63,510 bases of DNA, filler included, from Octopus bimaculoides (GCF_001194135.2; 4 parts of 4 records of this genome joined end to end with filler, not necessarily neighbours in it); one strand, 5' to 3'. Positions 1-15,100 are shown, counted from the first letter of the whole stretch. Notes: a model not told the origin generated them from the letters alone. Program-made: numbers and translations.

Positions 1-337
1 ATGACAGCGAAACGGGCTGATTACTACCTAGCTCAGATACCAGGAAACCCCAAAATGGCTGAAGTTCAAAAGATAGTGCTCATGGGAACTGCCCATATCC
101 TACGTAAAATACTGTCTATGTGATCTCAAATTTTAAATCAAACATAGTTTTCTTATGGTTTCTTAAACATTCACTTGAACAAAACTGTACAAATCCAAAT
201 ATATGGTACTCTAGGCATAACACCTACATGAACTTCTAACTTGTTGTCTCTTGAGGTCTCTGGGTGAGACTTGGATCCAACTTGTACAAATGCAAAACAA
301 AAGTCAAACATAAAATAATAATAATAATAATAATAAT
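1..337 (+). mobile_element. 3' end of R4/Dong-like non-LTR retrotransposon (ORF C-terminus, 3' UTR, (TAA)n tail)
   Basis: Frame 1, 1-123, reads MTAKRADYYLAQIPGNPKMAEVQKIVLMGTAHILRKILSM*, matching the QK.VL.GTA.ILR..L C-terminal motif of R4/Dong (REL-type) elements. Followed by a ~190-bp UTR and (ATA)n at 311-337. Confidence 0.8.
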
Positions 338-2452
338 CTACACTATAATGGAGAAAGCTGCTTATTAATTAAGTATGTAACAATTACTAAAAGTATTAAT
401 TACTGAAAGTATTAAAAGTATTAAAAGAAAGCAATTATTAAATTGAAAATATTAACAACTTAAAAAGAAAAATTACCTAAAATACTCTTTAAAAAAAATT
501 GGCCAAAACCTTTTTCATAGAAAGATGCCCCCACCCCACCCCATCATTTCGAAGGCTATGGTTGAGAAAAAAGTGAGGAAAATCCCTGAGAAACGTTTCT
601 CCACAAGTTTCTTTATAATTGTAATATTTGCCTTTGAAAGGGATTTGTATAAATGTTCATTAAAAGATACCCATCTTCCTGAAAGTTATGAGGGAATAAC
701 ATCAGATCCTGTGAATTTTCCAAAACCCCTCTCTCCACTCCGGCGCAAAACCTCTTTCTCATAAATCAACTATATACTCGGAAGCCTCAACATCTAAGCG
801 GTGTTTGTAGAAAATGTTCTTAAAATGTATCCATTTTTCTGGATGTCATGAGGCAACAAATTCGGGGGCATCTGTAGTAATGCCATTGTATCTATACGAT
901 TTTTTCATTTCATATTTATTTCATTCATTGTGTGCAATGTTCTCTCACCCTCCTCTCTTTCTATCTATCTCACACACGCGCACACTGCAAAGCTGACAGA
1001 TGGGCTGCTGAATTGAAATTTCTATGTTGCTTTGTGTGGAAGTTAAAACTTGACAAACTGCTTCTCTCTCTGTTGTTGGACTATCTTGATGTTTGTTTGA
1101 AAAAGAAACATTATGTCTGTAATAAAATAATGAAAGCAATATGTACTAAGCAAATGAGAACTATTCTACAAAGAAACAATTAGACGTAAAATATAAGAAG
1201 TATTAGAAATGGAAATCAAATGTGAAAATATTATTAGGAAGTCATCAGAAAACAGCCCTGTGGGCGGTTTTCCTTCCAGTACTATTCATAAGAATAGACT
1301 TATCTCTCAGCTATCGTATTTCATCATACCTATCGCCAATGTCCATATCATTTTCAAAAGCTTAGTTATCTTAATCACTCTCATTGCCTGCGTACAGGTA
1401 AACTCACTGTTCGAAGACTAAATACAATCAATAATGTCTGGAACTGTAAAGAGTTTAAGCCTTCCTTGTTTACGAAATCAAATGCTGGCTTCATCACAAT
1501 CCCGTTTCTTGGAAAAAATTTGTTTTATTTTCGATTACAAACAAAAGTAAGCAACAGCTATGGAGGATGTCATTAACAATTTGTCAAAAACACACCTGTG
1601 ATCGGTTGTCTGATTTTCGGAATTTGTTTTCTTTTTCTACGTGCGTCGTTCATTACCGCTATAAACAGAACTCCGGTAGAGATTAAATTTAGGCTATTCC
1701 CGCTGTACAAGGAATGCCGCGTGATGAGGCTAAACAACGGGAACACGTTTACGCGTGAACTCCTTCGGTAGATAACGAATATTTATTGTCACCCAAAGCT
1801 TGTTTCTTCTCCTTAATCACTACAATTAGAGACACCACCTACTTATAGAAAAAGCAAATTGACTTTCGGCAGAGAAACATTGCCTGGGTTTGAAAGCAAT
1901 ATATTTTTTCTGATATTCGTCGTTCTTTACCTAAATTAATCATTGCTTTATATTTTACCTTTCTTTTCCACTAAAAAGTGATGATTTACCGCTAATGTTG
2001 CTGGTGATGTTTCGGCTGTTGTTGTTGAATAATGCAGTTGTATTTATGATTTCGTGTGTGATTCGGAATTTGTAATTGTCTCTTTATGCTATGGTTTTCT
2101 AACAAATTTATTATGCTCCAAGATATGACACACTAGTTGGAGCGATTGTACACGTGTCCATTATCACAACTACTGAACACAAATGCAACAATAACATTAG
2201 TTCTTTGTAACTGATACCTTCCCCATCAATCAAAGAAGTCTTAAGCTGATGGCAACGACTCTAGTGCTTGACAGACATGTCTTTTTTAATGATTCGAATT
2301 AAGGAAATGCAAACTTTTCATAGATGATCTTTGAAATAATGCGAAGTATGCCAAACTATTCAGCCAAATCTCCATCATTTAATAATGATTTCTTATATAA
2401 ACTCAACGCCAGTAAATTTTGAAGAAGTTACTATTAAGGGCGGGGTTAGTTA

Positions 2453-2830
2453 GACACAGACAAAATATATCTACCCCGCACAGGAGATCGCGGCCTCACG
2501 GAGATATAGAACTACTATAAAATAAAAACTGTTGGACTAGAAATGTACTTCGAAACAAAAAAGTAGAATATTTGTACATTCAATAAAAGAACACGAGAAA
2601 AAGAAATCGCATTTGTCTATACACAACGAAGCGACAAAAAATACAAAACAGAATCAAACTACAAAGATACACTGAACCCAGATGAAAACATGGCAGAAAA
2701 AATTCAAAGAGGCAAAAGGCAACGCGAAAACAGAACTAAAAACATACTACAGGAGAAATGGAGGGAGAAGTCACTCCATGGCCAACACCCTGCGACATTA
2801 TCCGATATTAACCCAGAGGGACAAAACTGA
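2453..2830 (+). mobile_element. Degenerate internal fragment of R4/Dong-like LINE ORF
   Basis: DTDKIYLPRTGDRGLTEI*NYY (cf. RLYLPRKEGGRGL) from 2453. After a frameshift, ILQEKWREKSLHGQHP (cf. W..K.LHG.YP) at about 2744-2791. Several stops. Confidence 0.75.
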
Positions 2831-4291
2831 TATTCCGTTTTCAGTGTACACAAAACCTTATCACCAATATTGCCACATATATCAAGGTCTACAAAAAGAA
2901 AAACTGAAAATATAAGCGTTTCTGGGACTGCAGAGGATCGCATCTAGAATCAAGGAAATCAAAATCAATCGTTTCAAAGAGACTCAACAACCAATATGGT
3001 TTTAGATACTCCAAATTACGTGATGACACCCTCTCATTCAGCAGTTTAATTAAACAGAGGCGAATGAGAGACGCAACAACAAATATTCATATGATATTCA
3101 GGACAGAAATATTAGGGCATAGACATATTTCGTAAGGAAAAAACCATTATTGATAGATAAGATGATAGTGAGGACTCAGGATATGAAATGAAAGAGTACG
3201 TAAATGCATAACGATGCGAAAGATTTTAGGGATTTTTACCAAACGTAAAATATAACAATACGTCAAATAGAAGCAATTTTAAATAAGAAAGCAAATCATA
3301 TAACATGACTGGAGTAAACTGAATTTCTCTTTGCCCTCCTTATATGTCTTTTAGATACGTCATTTTCAACCATGAAACTAGGTGCATATTTAATGAGTAA
3401 ATTTGTACTCATTTATGAAATTCGAAACATATATAGTCCACAATATAGTAGAGGTTCTAAATGTAATTAACAGTTAATTTATTCATATCTGAATAAATCA
3501 ATTAGATAAATCATACAAACAGAAGCTGAAGGGCAGGTTTACATTTAGAATATATAAAAGGAAATATAAATGACAAATATTCAAGAATAATTGTGTTTTT
3601 ACTTGAAAAAACTGAAGTAATAATAAAAAAGGTGAAAATACTTTTTTTTAGAAATATCTTTAAACTTTGAATAAATTAACAGAGCTGTTTACTTCTCTCC
3701 CAGTTAAAGTATAACGTATGTGGAAAAGTTCCAAGCTTACCCCATACAGATGCAAGAGGAACATAGAATATGACAAGAAGGAAACGACATTTAGAATTAC
3801 AAAATGCTAAGATGCTGGAAGAAATAAAATTACATACATGCCAAATTCCCAGGGGAGATTGAATTGCTGAAAAATAGATAAATAAAATTAGATATGATTG
3901 AAAAAGTTACAACTTAATTTTCTGACTGAAGGGTTGAAAGAAAGGGAGAACTTCAAAATATTCCAACAGAAAAACATATAAGGATACTGAAAACAAACAC
4001 CTAAATTTAGAATATTTGGAGTATGTTAAAAAATAACTATAACTAAAATTACGCTGGCTGTTTACATGTAGTTTACGAATGTATAGAATTAGGAGTTCTA
4101 GGATTAGACGTTTTATTCACTAGACTGAAAGGGCAGCTTCCTTGACCTACGAAAATTAGGATAATTCGGTGTTTTACTTGGAAAAGGATGTTTCTCGACA
4201 AATCAATTTGCTAATTTTTTTTTCGTAAATATCATCATTACATAACAATTTATTTACAATTCTGTGGACGTCGACCGACGTCTTCCTAGAT

Positions 4292-4553
4292 CTTTTTATC
4301 GTTTACCTTTTACTTGTTTGAGTCGTTACACTAAGGCCATTCTGGGGCATCGCCTTGAAGAATTCTTTGTTGAATGAATCGATCACAGTAATTCTTTTAA
4401 ATTTGGTACATATTGTTTGATCTCTTTTGCCGAAGCGCTAGATACGGGGGATATAAACACAACAACACCACCGGCTGTCAAGTAATGGTGGGGGACAATC
4501 AGAGACACATGCACACACACGCACATGCACACACGCATATGTATGTATTTAAG

Positions 4554-4584
<31 letters not shown>

Positions 4585-5190
4585 NNNNNNNNNNNNNNNN
4601 NNNNNNNNNNNNNNNNNNNNNNNNNNNNNNNNNNNNNNNNNNNNNNNNNNNNNNNNNNNNNNNNNNNNNNNNNNNNNNNNNNNNNNNNNNNNNNNNNNNN
4701 NNNNNNNNNNNNNNNNNNNNNNNNNNNNNNNNNNNNNNNNNNNNNNNNNNNNNNNNNNNNNNNNNNNNNNNNNNNNNNNNNNNNNNNNNNNNNNNNNNNN
4801 NNNNNNNNNNNNNNNNNNNNNNNNNNNNNNNNNNNNNNNNNNNNNNNNNNNNNNNNNNNNNNNNNNNNNNNNNNNNNNNNNNNNNNNNNNNNNNNNNNNN
4901 NNNNNNNNNNNNNNNNNNNNNNNNNNNNNNNNNNNNNNNNNNNNNNNNNNNNNNNNNNNNNNNNNNNNNNNNNNNNNNNNNNNNNNNNNNNNNNNNNNNN
5001 NNNNNNATATATATATATATACATACGACAGACGACATGTTTCTTTCAGTTTCCGTCTACCAAATTACACACACACATGTATTTGTCCGGCCCGATGTTA
5101 TAGTAGGAGAGACTTGTCCAAGGTTCCACACACTGGGACTGAAGGCGGAGCCATGTGGCTCATAAGTAAGCTTCTTACTTATATGGCTAC
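4292..5190 (-). mobile_element. tRNA-derived SINE family A, interrupted by N-gap
   Basis: Both halves match the full-length copies at 35177 and 58913. The internal (CA/TA)n spacer runs into gap 4585-5006. Confidence 0.8.
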
Positions 5191-5231
5191 CATATAGCTA
5201 CGCATGCCCTTATGGTTAAAATTGCGATACT

Positions 5232-6000
5232 ATGGAGAAGAATTATTCAAAAGACGCTTTAATTTCTGTTTTAATTCAGTTTTATATTTATGATTTGGAT
5301 TTGATATGTAAAGAAGTCCATAGCTTTTTATTTCTATTTGCGGCTGAGAACATTATAAGGTTTGGATTACTGCTTCTGCTTGTTTATGTCAATTTAGCTG
5401 CTGTTACCGTTGACTTCGTTGTATTTTTCGATTTAGTTTGTGGTTGCCTGGTTCTTGTATTTCTTAATTAGTTTTAATACACATCTTGGTTTGTCCCTTA
5501 TTAATGTGGTACACAAATTTTCGGTCGGTCATGCTGAAGTTTTATCCGGTATAGTTCCACAGATAAACGGGCGCGCCTTTGGTTTCCATGTCTTTAGCAT
5601 TTTAAGTGGGTTTATACTCGCGATACGTCGCAGTAAAAGACAACTAATACTGATAATTTATTAAAACAATATTGGTTCTTTCATGTTTCAACAATAGGTT
5701 ACTACACCAGCAAGATCAAAATCCATTTGTCTTGAAGGACAGAACAAATCGAAGATTTCACACACATTCATAAATGTTACAAAGCGTACGTATTTCCTTC
5801 TTAAGTCGCTTGACAGCGTTGTTTAATCTATTTGCATTGGTGTTTCTTGAGCATCTATTTCTGATTTTTTTACTTTGAGCTATTGGTCTCGCATTTCCTA
5901 AGACTGAGGGTGACAACGGGGAGAGGAACCCTTTGTAAGGAAGTGGATAATTTACCATACCTGCATTGGGACGTGAATCATGAAATTATTTTTGGTCACT
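5232..6000 (-). mobile_element. Possible highly decayed Penelope-like retroelement fragment
   Basis: A-rich minus strand. KDMETKGAPVY at about 5570-5610 resembles the PLE RT motif TAMGTKMAPxY, and KQKLKRLL near 5250 is weakly PLE-like. Many stops; tentative. Confidence 0.3.
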
Positions 6001-9000
6001 TGTCGGAAACCACAAAAGTGCACAATTCCTTTCTGAGGATGTAAAGCTCTCTGATGGATGGTGCAACCCTGTGTAGCACCTGCCCGTCTGCTACCAGGTT
6101 GTAATATTATAGAATCACTACTCTACAAAAGAATGAGGACGTGGATTCGCTACAATTTTTCAGACATGTTTTCGTTTGATACGTTTTTGTTAGTCATCTC
6201 ACGATACCTCTTCATGGAATTGTGGAGTATGTGAATTATATTTCAGGATAGCAAAATCTGGATAGCCACTTTGGTCATTCATTTCCTGCAAACCTTGTTA
6301 CTGATTATAGATTTGGTGTAGTTTCTGATGTGTTCAGCAACATATGCCATTAGCAGCACTGGACGTGTTGCCGTAACTGTCAGCACTTGACATATTGATG
6401 GTAATTACTGTGGTTGTCTAGTGTTTGTATGTGGAGTGGTATAGGAATTTTATTTTTTGTGAAAGGAAGTTGGTGATGTATTACTACTAAATATATTTAT
6501 CAAATGCTCAGACGAATCGCAAATTACCATTGACAAACGCTTGCCACTCGGTAATTTCTACGGCATCTTTTTTCACTAAAAAAAATATTTTTTCGGTAGA
6601 ATTTAAAAGCTGTACCAACACTATACATGATAGCAATCTGCTATTTAGCAGACGATGATAAAAAATAGTTTTGATTTCCTTAAGACAGTGAGAGGTTATA
6701 CGTACTTTGTTTTGTTACTATCTTATCCGATAACATTTCCAAAATCTATCGGAAGAATTAGACCAGATATATATTAAGAACGTTTGGGGTTAAGACGTAT
6801 CCGGTTCCGAAGTTTGGGCAACAACAAAAACAAGAACAGATGGAACACCATTAAAAAAATACTAATGATAATAGCACTATGACGTATTATATGGTGTACA
6901 CATCTCATCAGCAAATTGCTTTTTCATTTTACCAACTTTCAAACACCAAGTATCAGGTGTCAGATAAACACAACGAATCTGATCTATTTGCAAATGGAAA
7001 TGCTTTCAAGGAAGTAAAAAAGAAAGCAAGGTGACATTTGTTTAAATTTTAAATCAATCACAATAGCTGTCTGACAGTTAATTAATACATCTTTATATTT
7101 TACTATAATTTTTACGCTACCCCGTCGCCATATTTCGTCAAATAGTGGTTGTGATTGGGAAGTTTTGAGATAACACGCTATGAGGTTATTTGCTTCATAC
7201 CTTTGTGTTGCTGATTTCTCTTCGTGTTTTGCTAATTAACAAAAGATCTCTGACGGTGAGAAAAGTAATAAATCAGTGGAATAAAGGGTAATTGAAACGC
7301 AGTTGGACGTTAGAATAATGGATAAAAGAAGGGAAATAATGAATCGTAGAGGGGGAGACATATTTTAGAAATCTGAGACCAGCCAAGAAACCAAACTATA
7401 TCTTAGGTGAAAGAAAAAATATCCGCATGAAATGTTAGTATCGTATGAAGGAAATTAAAAAGAATAATAAACAGACAGACGTGAACGTGAGAACCAAAGC
7501 AAAATGAATGGAAAATTTTTGAATATATTTGAAATAATAATTTACAGAAAGATATCGCTATGTTGAAATCAAAAGAGAATAAACGTAAATGCAATTGAAG
7601 AAAACAGAAATAAGAAATATATAAATCTATTTGAAGAAATGAAGGACTAATTATAATGTTATGCTGGGAATATAAACAGAAAAAAGAAAAGCATTTTCAA
7701 ATACAGCAACTGACAACAATTGATTATTTTACTTTTGTCTACATTCATACAGTGTAAACTGAGATATGAAAGCAGTTTTGTGGAGTTTTAAGATCAAAAC
7801 GTATTCGTAAACCTATGGGCATATTTAGATGTTTATCATATGCGTGTGCGTTCGAGTGTGTGTGCGTGTGTAAATGCATATGCTTCGGAGTGTACTTGTG
7901 TGTACACTCACGTGTTGGCTTGTATTTAGCAGCTCTTTCACTATGTACCTATCTATTTTGTAATATATTCATCTATCTCTCTGACTCAATCTTCCTCTCT
8001 GTATACATATGCATACATACATATATATAAATATATATATATATATGTATATATATATNNNNNNNNNNNNNNNNNNNNNNNNNNNNNNNNNNNNNNNNNN
8101 NNNNNNNNNNNNNNNNNNNNNNNNNNNNNNNNNNNNNNNNNNNNNNNNNNNNNNNNNNNNNNNNNNNNNNNNNNNNNNNNNNNNNNNNNNNNNNNNNNNN
8201 NNNNNNNNNNNNNNNNNNNNNNNNNNNNNNNNNNNNNNNNNNNNNNNNNNNNNNNNNNNNNNNNNNNNNNNNNNNNNNNNNNNNNNNNNNNNNNNNNNNN
8301 NNNNNNNNNNNNNNNNNNNNNNNNNNNNNNNNNNNNNNNNNNNNNNNNNNNNNNNNNNNNNNNNNNNNNNNNNNNNNNNNNNNNNNNNNNNNNNNNNNNN
8401 NNNNNNNNNNNNNNNNNNNNNNNNNNNNNNNNNNNNNNNNNNNNNNNNNNNNNNNNNNNNNNNNNNNNNNNNNNNNNNNNNNNNNNNNNNNNNNNNNNNN
8501 NNNNNNNNNNNNNNNNNNNNNNNNNNNNNNNNNNNNNNNNNNNNNNNNNNNNNNNNNNNNNNNNNNNNNNNNNNNNNNNNNNNNNNNNNNNNNNNNNNNN
8601 NNNNNNNNNNNNNNNNNNNNNNNNNNNNNNNNNNNNNNNNNNNNNNNNNNNNNNNNNNNNNNNNNNNNNNNNNNNNNNNNNNNNNNNNNNNNNNNNNNNN
8701 NNNNNNNNNNNNNNNNNNNNNNNNNNNNNNNNNNNNNNNNNNNNNNNNNNNNNNNNNNNNNNNNNNNNNNNNNNNNNNNNNNNNNNNNNNNNNNNNNNNN
8801 NNNNNNNNNNNNNNNNNNNNNNNNNNNNNNNNNNNNNNNNNNNNNNNNNNNNNNNNNNNNNNNNNNNNNNNNNNNNNNNNNNNNNNNNNNNNNNNNNATA
8901 TATATATACGTACCTATGTATACAAACACACATATAAACACACAAACACACGCACGCACACACGCGCACACATGCGCACACACATATATGTAAAGTGAAG

Positions 9001-9690
9001 AAGCAAAAAGATCTGCTAATTCAACTTGTAAACATGTATTTAAAGGACTATTGTGCATGATAGAATAAAAAATATATGAATGCATAGACATTTTTTAAAA
9101 TCTACAAATAAATAAACATATTAAAAATATATATGTGTAAATTGATAGAGTTTTTTTTTTTTATCTCCGGATGGAGGCATAGAAACGTTAAAAGATGCGC
9201 GCATAGGTAAACAATATTGTAGAAAGTTGGAAGTGTTGACGGAAGTGAAATAAAAAATACAATAAGGAGTGAATTTAAAATTCGGGATAGGGAGAATTAG
9301 TTAAAGTAAGGTACCGACAGTGGTTTCTGGGGGTGCATTGCAGGAAAATAAAGGCATAGAGTACCCATTATTTGGCAGGTCCTCCTTCTTTAAACCCATC
9401 TCCAATCGGAGTCGTTTTTGCGGATTGAATTACCAGGTCTTTTGTTTCATCGCCTTACATATTTATATATTTCGTCTCAAGTTACTATTGAGCATTTCTA
9501 ACTCCAAAACTCTACATTATGAGATAATTTCTTATGAATGTTCTTTTTCAATATATATATATATATATATATACACATTTTAAAATATTATGGAAATTGC
9601 TTCTCCACTCATCAAAGTTGGAGGAGTCTTGGATAAGAGGAATTCATTTCATCAGATGTTGTCTGTGTGTGTATGTATGCATGTATGTAT

Positions 9691-9736
<46 letters not shown>

Positions 9737-9813
9737 TGTATGTATGTATATGTATATATATATATACACACATGCGCATATATACGTGTGTATACGTGTA
9801 TATATATGTGGAA

Positions 9814-10044
9814 AAGGCGGCGAGCTGGTAGAATCGTTAGCACGCCAGGCGAAATGTTTAACAGTATTTCGCCTGCCGTTACGTTCTGAGTTCAAATTCC
9901 GCCGAGGTTGACTTTGCTTTTCATCCTTTTGGGGTCGATTGAATAATTACCAGTTAAGCACTGGGGGCGATGTAATCGACTTAGTCTCTTTGTCTGTCCT
10001 TGTTTGTCCCTGTATGTTTAGCCCCTTGTGGGCAATAAAGAATT
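9814..10044 (+). mobile_element. tRNA-derived SINE family B (Deu/Nin-like core), tail type i
   Basis: Head AAGGCGGCGAGCTGGTAGAATCGTTAGC, B box GAGTTCAAATTCC, core GACTTTGCTTTTCATCCTTTTGGGGTCGAT. More than 10 homologous copies in the window. Confidence 0.9.
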
Positions 10045-10770
10045 AATATATACCTGTGTATTTATGTATATATATTTACATGTATATGTATACGTGTGTG
10101 TCTGTGTGTATTTATGTGTGTGTGTTTGTGTGTGTTTTTGCTTATATGTATGCACACACGTACATGGCTTATATGTTGTGTATTGTTCCTGAATTCATAA
10201 TGTGAATGAAGTGGTCGATAGAGCGAGCAACGCGTCTCGACATTCATCAATCTGCTGTATTTTATGTAACTCCTGTTAACTCATCTGAAACAATTGCGAG
10301 CGTAATGTTGCAGCAGTTCACCTCTCAGGCTGCGGAAGGTAGAAGTGCGGCACTCGCAATATTTTAAGTTTATCCAATGGAAAGAGTGAGATGTATTAAT
10401 GGCATCTGTATTTTGGATGCAGAGAAGAGTTCACTGCAAACATTCAATGTGGTACCTGCTGGTTTTTGACCTATCACATTATTATGTCTCTAACACAAAT
10501 CAAGTTAAAAATACAAAACATACAATATTTCAGCTGTGTTTTCCATTTCAGCTTCTAGAAATATATATTCCTGCAAATTTTTTGCATGATAAATTCAATC
10601 GAAAAGCTAAAAGCTATTAAAACGTCTGTAGTTATGTGTGGGCATATAATTACACATCAGACCCATTTCATAATTCTATATGTCTATACGCCTAGCAATA
10701 CGAGGACATTTGAGCATAATTTCACTATACAAGTATCAACGGCTTTTGTTTAGAAAGAATGTACATGGCA

Positions 10771-10992
10771 TACGACGGGATGCTGAAAATTTCCTGGTTC
10801 AAAGAGAAACGCGAAAGGCATAGATTGATCCTGAAACTTCACAGTCATGTTACAGAGTTTACAAAAACTACAGGTCTGTTGTAATAGCTGTGTGAATCTA
10901 AGAAGGGAACATGTTGATAAAATCATAATTAACTGAACCTACTTTATTTTCCTTTACCCAAAGTCAGGAACTATTCAACACCATCTCCTGTA
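10771..10992. mobile_element. Mariner-like MITE (~220 bp)
   Basis: TA-flanked imperfect TIRs TACGACGGGATGCTGAAAATTTCCTGG / CAGGAACTATTCAACACCATCTCCTGTA. Second copy in the opposite orientation at 56711. Confidence 0.75.
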
Positions 10993-11125
10993 CGTTTGCA
11001 TAATCAGTAAAAACCGGGAATAGCAACGAAGTATTAATTAATGTTTATTCTTCACCTAACGCTTTGGAATCACAATTTTATAACGCAAAAGTTTTAGTAT
11101 GTTCTTAAATTGCATTCAAGTTCAG

Positions 11126-11654
11126 TATACATAGACATGCAATAAGTAAATAGACACTATTAATTTTCAAAAATATTTTATTTGATATTAATTGGTTGAA
11201 GGAGAAGTTTTCTTTTAGCTGCTCGCCCATAATATCCATGCTTTTGCAATGTCAGAATCCTTCGAACGGCGTTCTTTTTCCAAAATTCTCTTCAAACCGC
11301 GAAGCTTCCTTTCTGAGGGCTCAGGTCCGCCGGGATGAGAATCTGTTGATTCTATTCCTTGGCATTTGAATTACGTTATATATCTATTAACAGTAGCAAG
11401 AGGAATTTGAAGATTTTTGTCAATTTTTCGATGGCTAAGACCAGACTCAGATTGCCCAACAATACCACCTCTTTGAAATCTGACAGTTGTGCTAAACGTT
11501 TTGTGCCTGGCATGGATACCCTTTAATACAATGGCACCTGGAATGAAAGAAATAATTACATTGTAAACTGTACACCGCTGAAAACATATTAAGACACTTA
11601 GATCAGAAATATTGAAAATTAAAGGTGTCTATTTACTTCCTGCATGACTGTGTA
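11126..11654 (-). mobile_element. Internally deleted Tc1-like element retaining the transposase N-terminal HTH region
   Basis: ~45-bp TIRs (CATGCAATAAGTAAATAGACACTATTAATTTTCAA vs reverse complement of TTGAAAATTAAAGGTGTCTATTTACTTCCTGCATGACTG). Minus ATG at 11513 gives [43 protein letters not shown] with frameshifts. Confidence 0.75.
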
Positions 11655-11977
11655 TATTCAGATATTTAAGGACTAATAGTGACCAATAATTCTTGACAGT
11701 CCAATTCATATTTACTGCAAGCTACCTACGTCTATATACACGATGATGAAAACTGGTATGTTGAATATATGCATACCTACGTTGTGGATGCTACGTATTT
11801 GCAGCCTTGTCAAGAATTAAAATTCTTGTAGCTTCGTTCTACCTTCCCGTTTGCTTTCGCTTTCTCTCTATATATATATTCGTTATATACATACATACAT
11901 ACATACATACATAGACGAAATAAAGACTAATAGTTTTAAGCTTTTATTATACTCTAACTAGGCTTATTCATATAATC

Positions 11978-12186
11978 TTTTCTACTCTAGGCTCAAGGAC
12001 CGAAATTGTTGGGGAGGGGACCGGTCGATTAGATCGACTCCAGTGCGCAATTGGTACTTAATTTATCAACCCCGAAAGGATCGAAGGCAAAGTAGACCTC
12101 GGTGGCATTTGAACTCAGAGCGTAAAGACAGACGAACGGCCGTAAACATTTTGTCCGGCATGCTAACGTTTCTGCCAGCTCACTGT
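11978..12186 (-). mobile_element. SINE family B, tail type iii
   Basis: Reverse complement of family B head, core and tail (TTTGAACTCAGAGCG...CTAACGTTTCTGCCAGCTC). Confidence 0.85.
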
Positions 12187-15100
12187 CCTAGGCATATTTA
12201 CATAATACGTCATGGATCTCCAAGCAATTTTTCAGGTTCAGTTCACGTATATATTTTCAATATAAGGGCACTCGACAGTGTGAAATAAGAAAAATCGTGA
12301 AAAAAAATCAAAGGAAGTTGTGCAAAAGAAAAACGGATCAAAAATTCACGAAAGAAAAAAAAAAGTTTAATTTCGACTTAAATATCAAACTCAGTCTGCT
12401 CAAGTACTACCTTAAATTTTTCTGTCACCTTAATTTTTTCTGTCATTTCTTTCTCCATCAATGTATCCAATGTATCCCCCCAAATCTCCTTCGTTGGTGG
12501 GAAATTGTTGTGGCATGTAACTAAAATGAAGGATTAGCGGCAATTTGGAATATGATATTGTGGCATAGGCTAACATTTTGTATTCATATACCTTATGCAT
12601 TTGCATTGAAAGTATTTGAAAAGTAGCAAAGTACGTAATATATACAGTGTTCCTGGTCATGCTGGAGATACCTTAAACGTCTGCCTTCAAATTCTTTAGT
12701 AACCTCTTGAATAAGGAGTACTAGTTAATTTAATTCTTCATAGGTTTCTAAGTCTATGTTACCTTCAATTTATTTTTTCACAAGAAAAAGGAATGACTTA
12801 CAACAAAAGAACAACGATTGATCTATTTCGTTAGTAGTAATAACTTTGATGTTTGAAATATTCATTTTCTTAGTAATACATACTGTCAATGTCTGAGAAT
12901 ATTAAAGTGGATCTATTTCATGGTCTATCACAAGACGTCGCAGAATCAAATGAAATAAGCACTTAGGAAGTCACTAACATTATCACTGAACTATCACGTT
13001 AGAGAAATACCTCTGTGGAGGTCGATAAAGTATAATTGAGTGCGGTAAATTTAATATAACTTTGCTTAAAAAAACGTAAAAATGTTCCATATCAGAATAT
13101 CAAAATCGATATTCAGAGAAGTTATATGCAAGGAGACACTATAGTACATACGTACAAGTTTACATGCACACTCGCGCGTACGCACAAACTCACACATACA
13201 CAACAAATATATATGTATATTTAATGTATATATATATATATATATATATGCATATATTATATATATGCATATATACAAATATATATATACGTTTAGGTAT
13301 AGATTGTGTACATGTGCATTTATGTATCCGTGCATGTGCTGTGCGTGCGTGTGCACGCATGTTTCCGCGTGTGTGTATTTATATGCTTGGGTAAACTAGA
13401 GCGAGGTGCATGCATTTCTTTGGATATATGCGTCTGATTTACTAGGTGCAAATAATATGTTCTATACGTCGTAAAAGTGTTTCTGTCTGGGCAGATTTTC
13501 TCCTTTAGCTTGTATGAATGCGTGTTTTTGTTCGAACACAATATACAGGATTTTCTGTCAATGAATAATTTCCAGTTAACAAGCGGATTGGTTTTAACTG
13601 TTTAATTAATTAATTTCAACGCTAGTGTAAATTTATCTAATGATATAAAATTAATATATTGATTTAGATATTTGCACGTCGTGCCATTTCCTACTGGATT
13701 TTCCATTATTAATAACGTTAGATTTATGCAAAATTTTCTGTTTCTCACGACTTATTAGGGAAACAGTACTTTATACTGCCTGAACAAATGATAACTCTTA
13801 ATTCATGAACCCTCATCGGTATTATCACATATCCATGAATAAAAGTATCGTATAAGATATCGTTATATATATATACGTATATTAAACCACTCTTAATGAC
13901 TGTTCATTATTCCAAAGATTTCTAAGACTTCAGTTGAATCGAGTGATGTCGGTGAAATATTGCGTCAGCTACATGCATCTTCCTTTGGTAGCATTGACTG
14001 CCATACCCCTGTAATATATTGTGACGTCACCGGTTGGTTTAAAAGTGCTCTTTGTATAATGTCCATTTAATGCTAAAATAAAGAAGACGGTGTGTAAAGC
14101 GCTCTGATAAATATTACCTTTGGAATATTTTCTATCCTTCGAACGAAAATATCATGGTTCATTCTCTTATAAGATGCGTCATAATTATAAAACGCTGCCG
14201 AAGTGCACTTCCTTATTAAATTACACTTATCATAACGTACATTTGAATATTTTGATAGTGGTTTTAAATGTGAGGAATCCTCTCATAAATTAACCTGTGT
14301 TGTATTTCAAACACACGTGTACCCATAAATTCATTTTCAGACAAGTTTACCGTGGCATAGATTTACAGATACATTCCAGCCAAGTGACTTCTATACAAAT
14401 TTTAGTTATGCAGTTTCACTCACCGGGTATCAGGCGAACCAAAGTCAAAGAAATTATTCAAAATGCTATTCAGTTGGTTCGAATTTGGACCCCTGTGTTT
14501 GCGATGCAGAGTCCTTCCTTCACCCATTATACACCTACTGCGATAATTTTATAGCCACTGGAAACTAATGTCGAACCTTGTACATGGAAAATCACTGCAC
14601 AAATTTAAAATGCTTTCGAGAAATGGAAACAAAACTCAACATACATGGTGACAGTTTGCGTCATTTCTCACCAGGGAACAGTATGTTGAGGCATACAATT
14701 TGTTGATATTATTTGCATATTATAAATTTTACATTTAAAGAAATTGTAAAAAAATGATATTTGAAATACTTTAGCATCATAGCATCAAACATATGTTCAA
14801 GACATCTTTATTAATATATCCTTTAGTATATCAATTGTGAAATATATCTTTCGCTTGGATTTAAAACTAGGATATTCCAAATCCTTTTTCATCGTCATGA
14901 ACGAAAACACTGCCTATTCATCTTTTTCAATTTTTTTTTTCTTTTTATCCGGGCCAGCTAGAAACAATATATTTCCACATTGCTCAAAGTGATATGTTAC
15001 ATCAGAACACTATCTTGGTTAGCGGCTGCTGATTTTATAATTGACATACGTTAACCATGGTACGCTTTGTCAGAAAATATTTCCATAACACCACGACAGT

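Noticed and set aside
2682-2915. 77-aa ORF as a host gene
   Set aside because: Off-frame reading of an R4/Dong relic.
3445-4190. Faint ~600-bp-spaced similarity (CTGAAGGGCAG...GTTTTACTTG at about 3525 and 4123)
   Set aside because: Too short and AT-rich to separate from chance by eye.
9225-9250. Tandem GGAAGTG (ETS-like) sites
   Set aside because: Short motifs expected by chance; no other promoter evidence.
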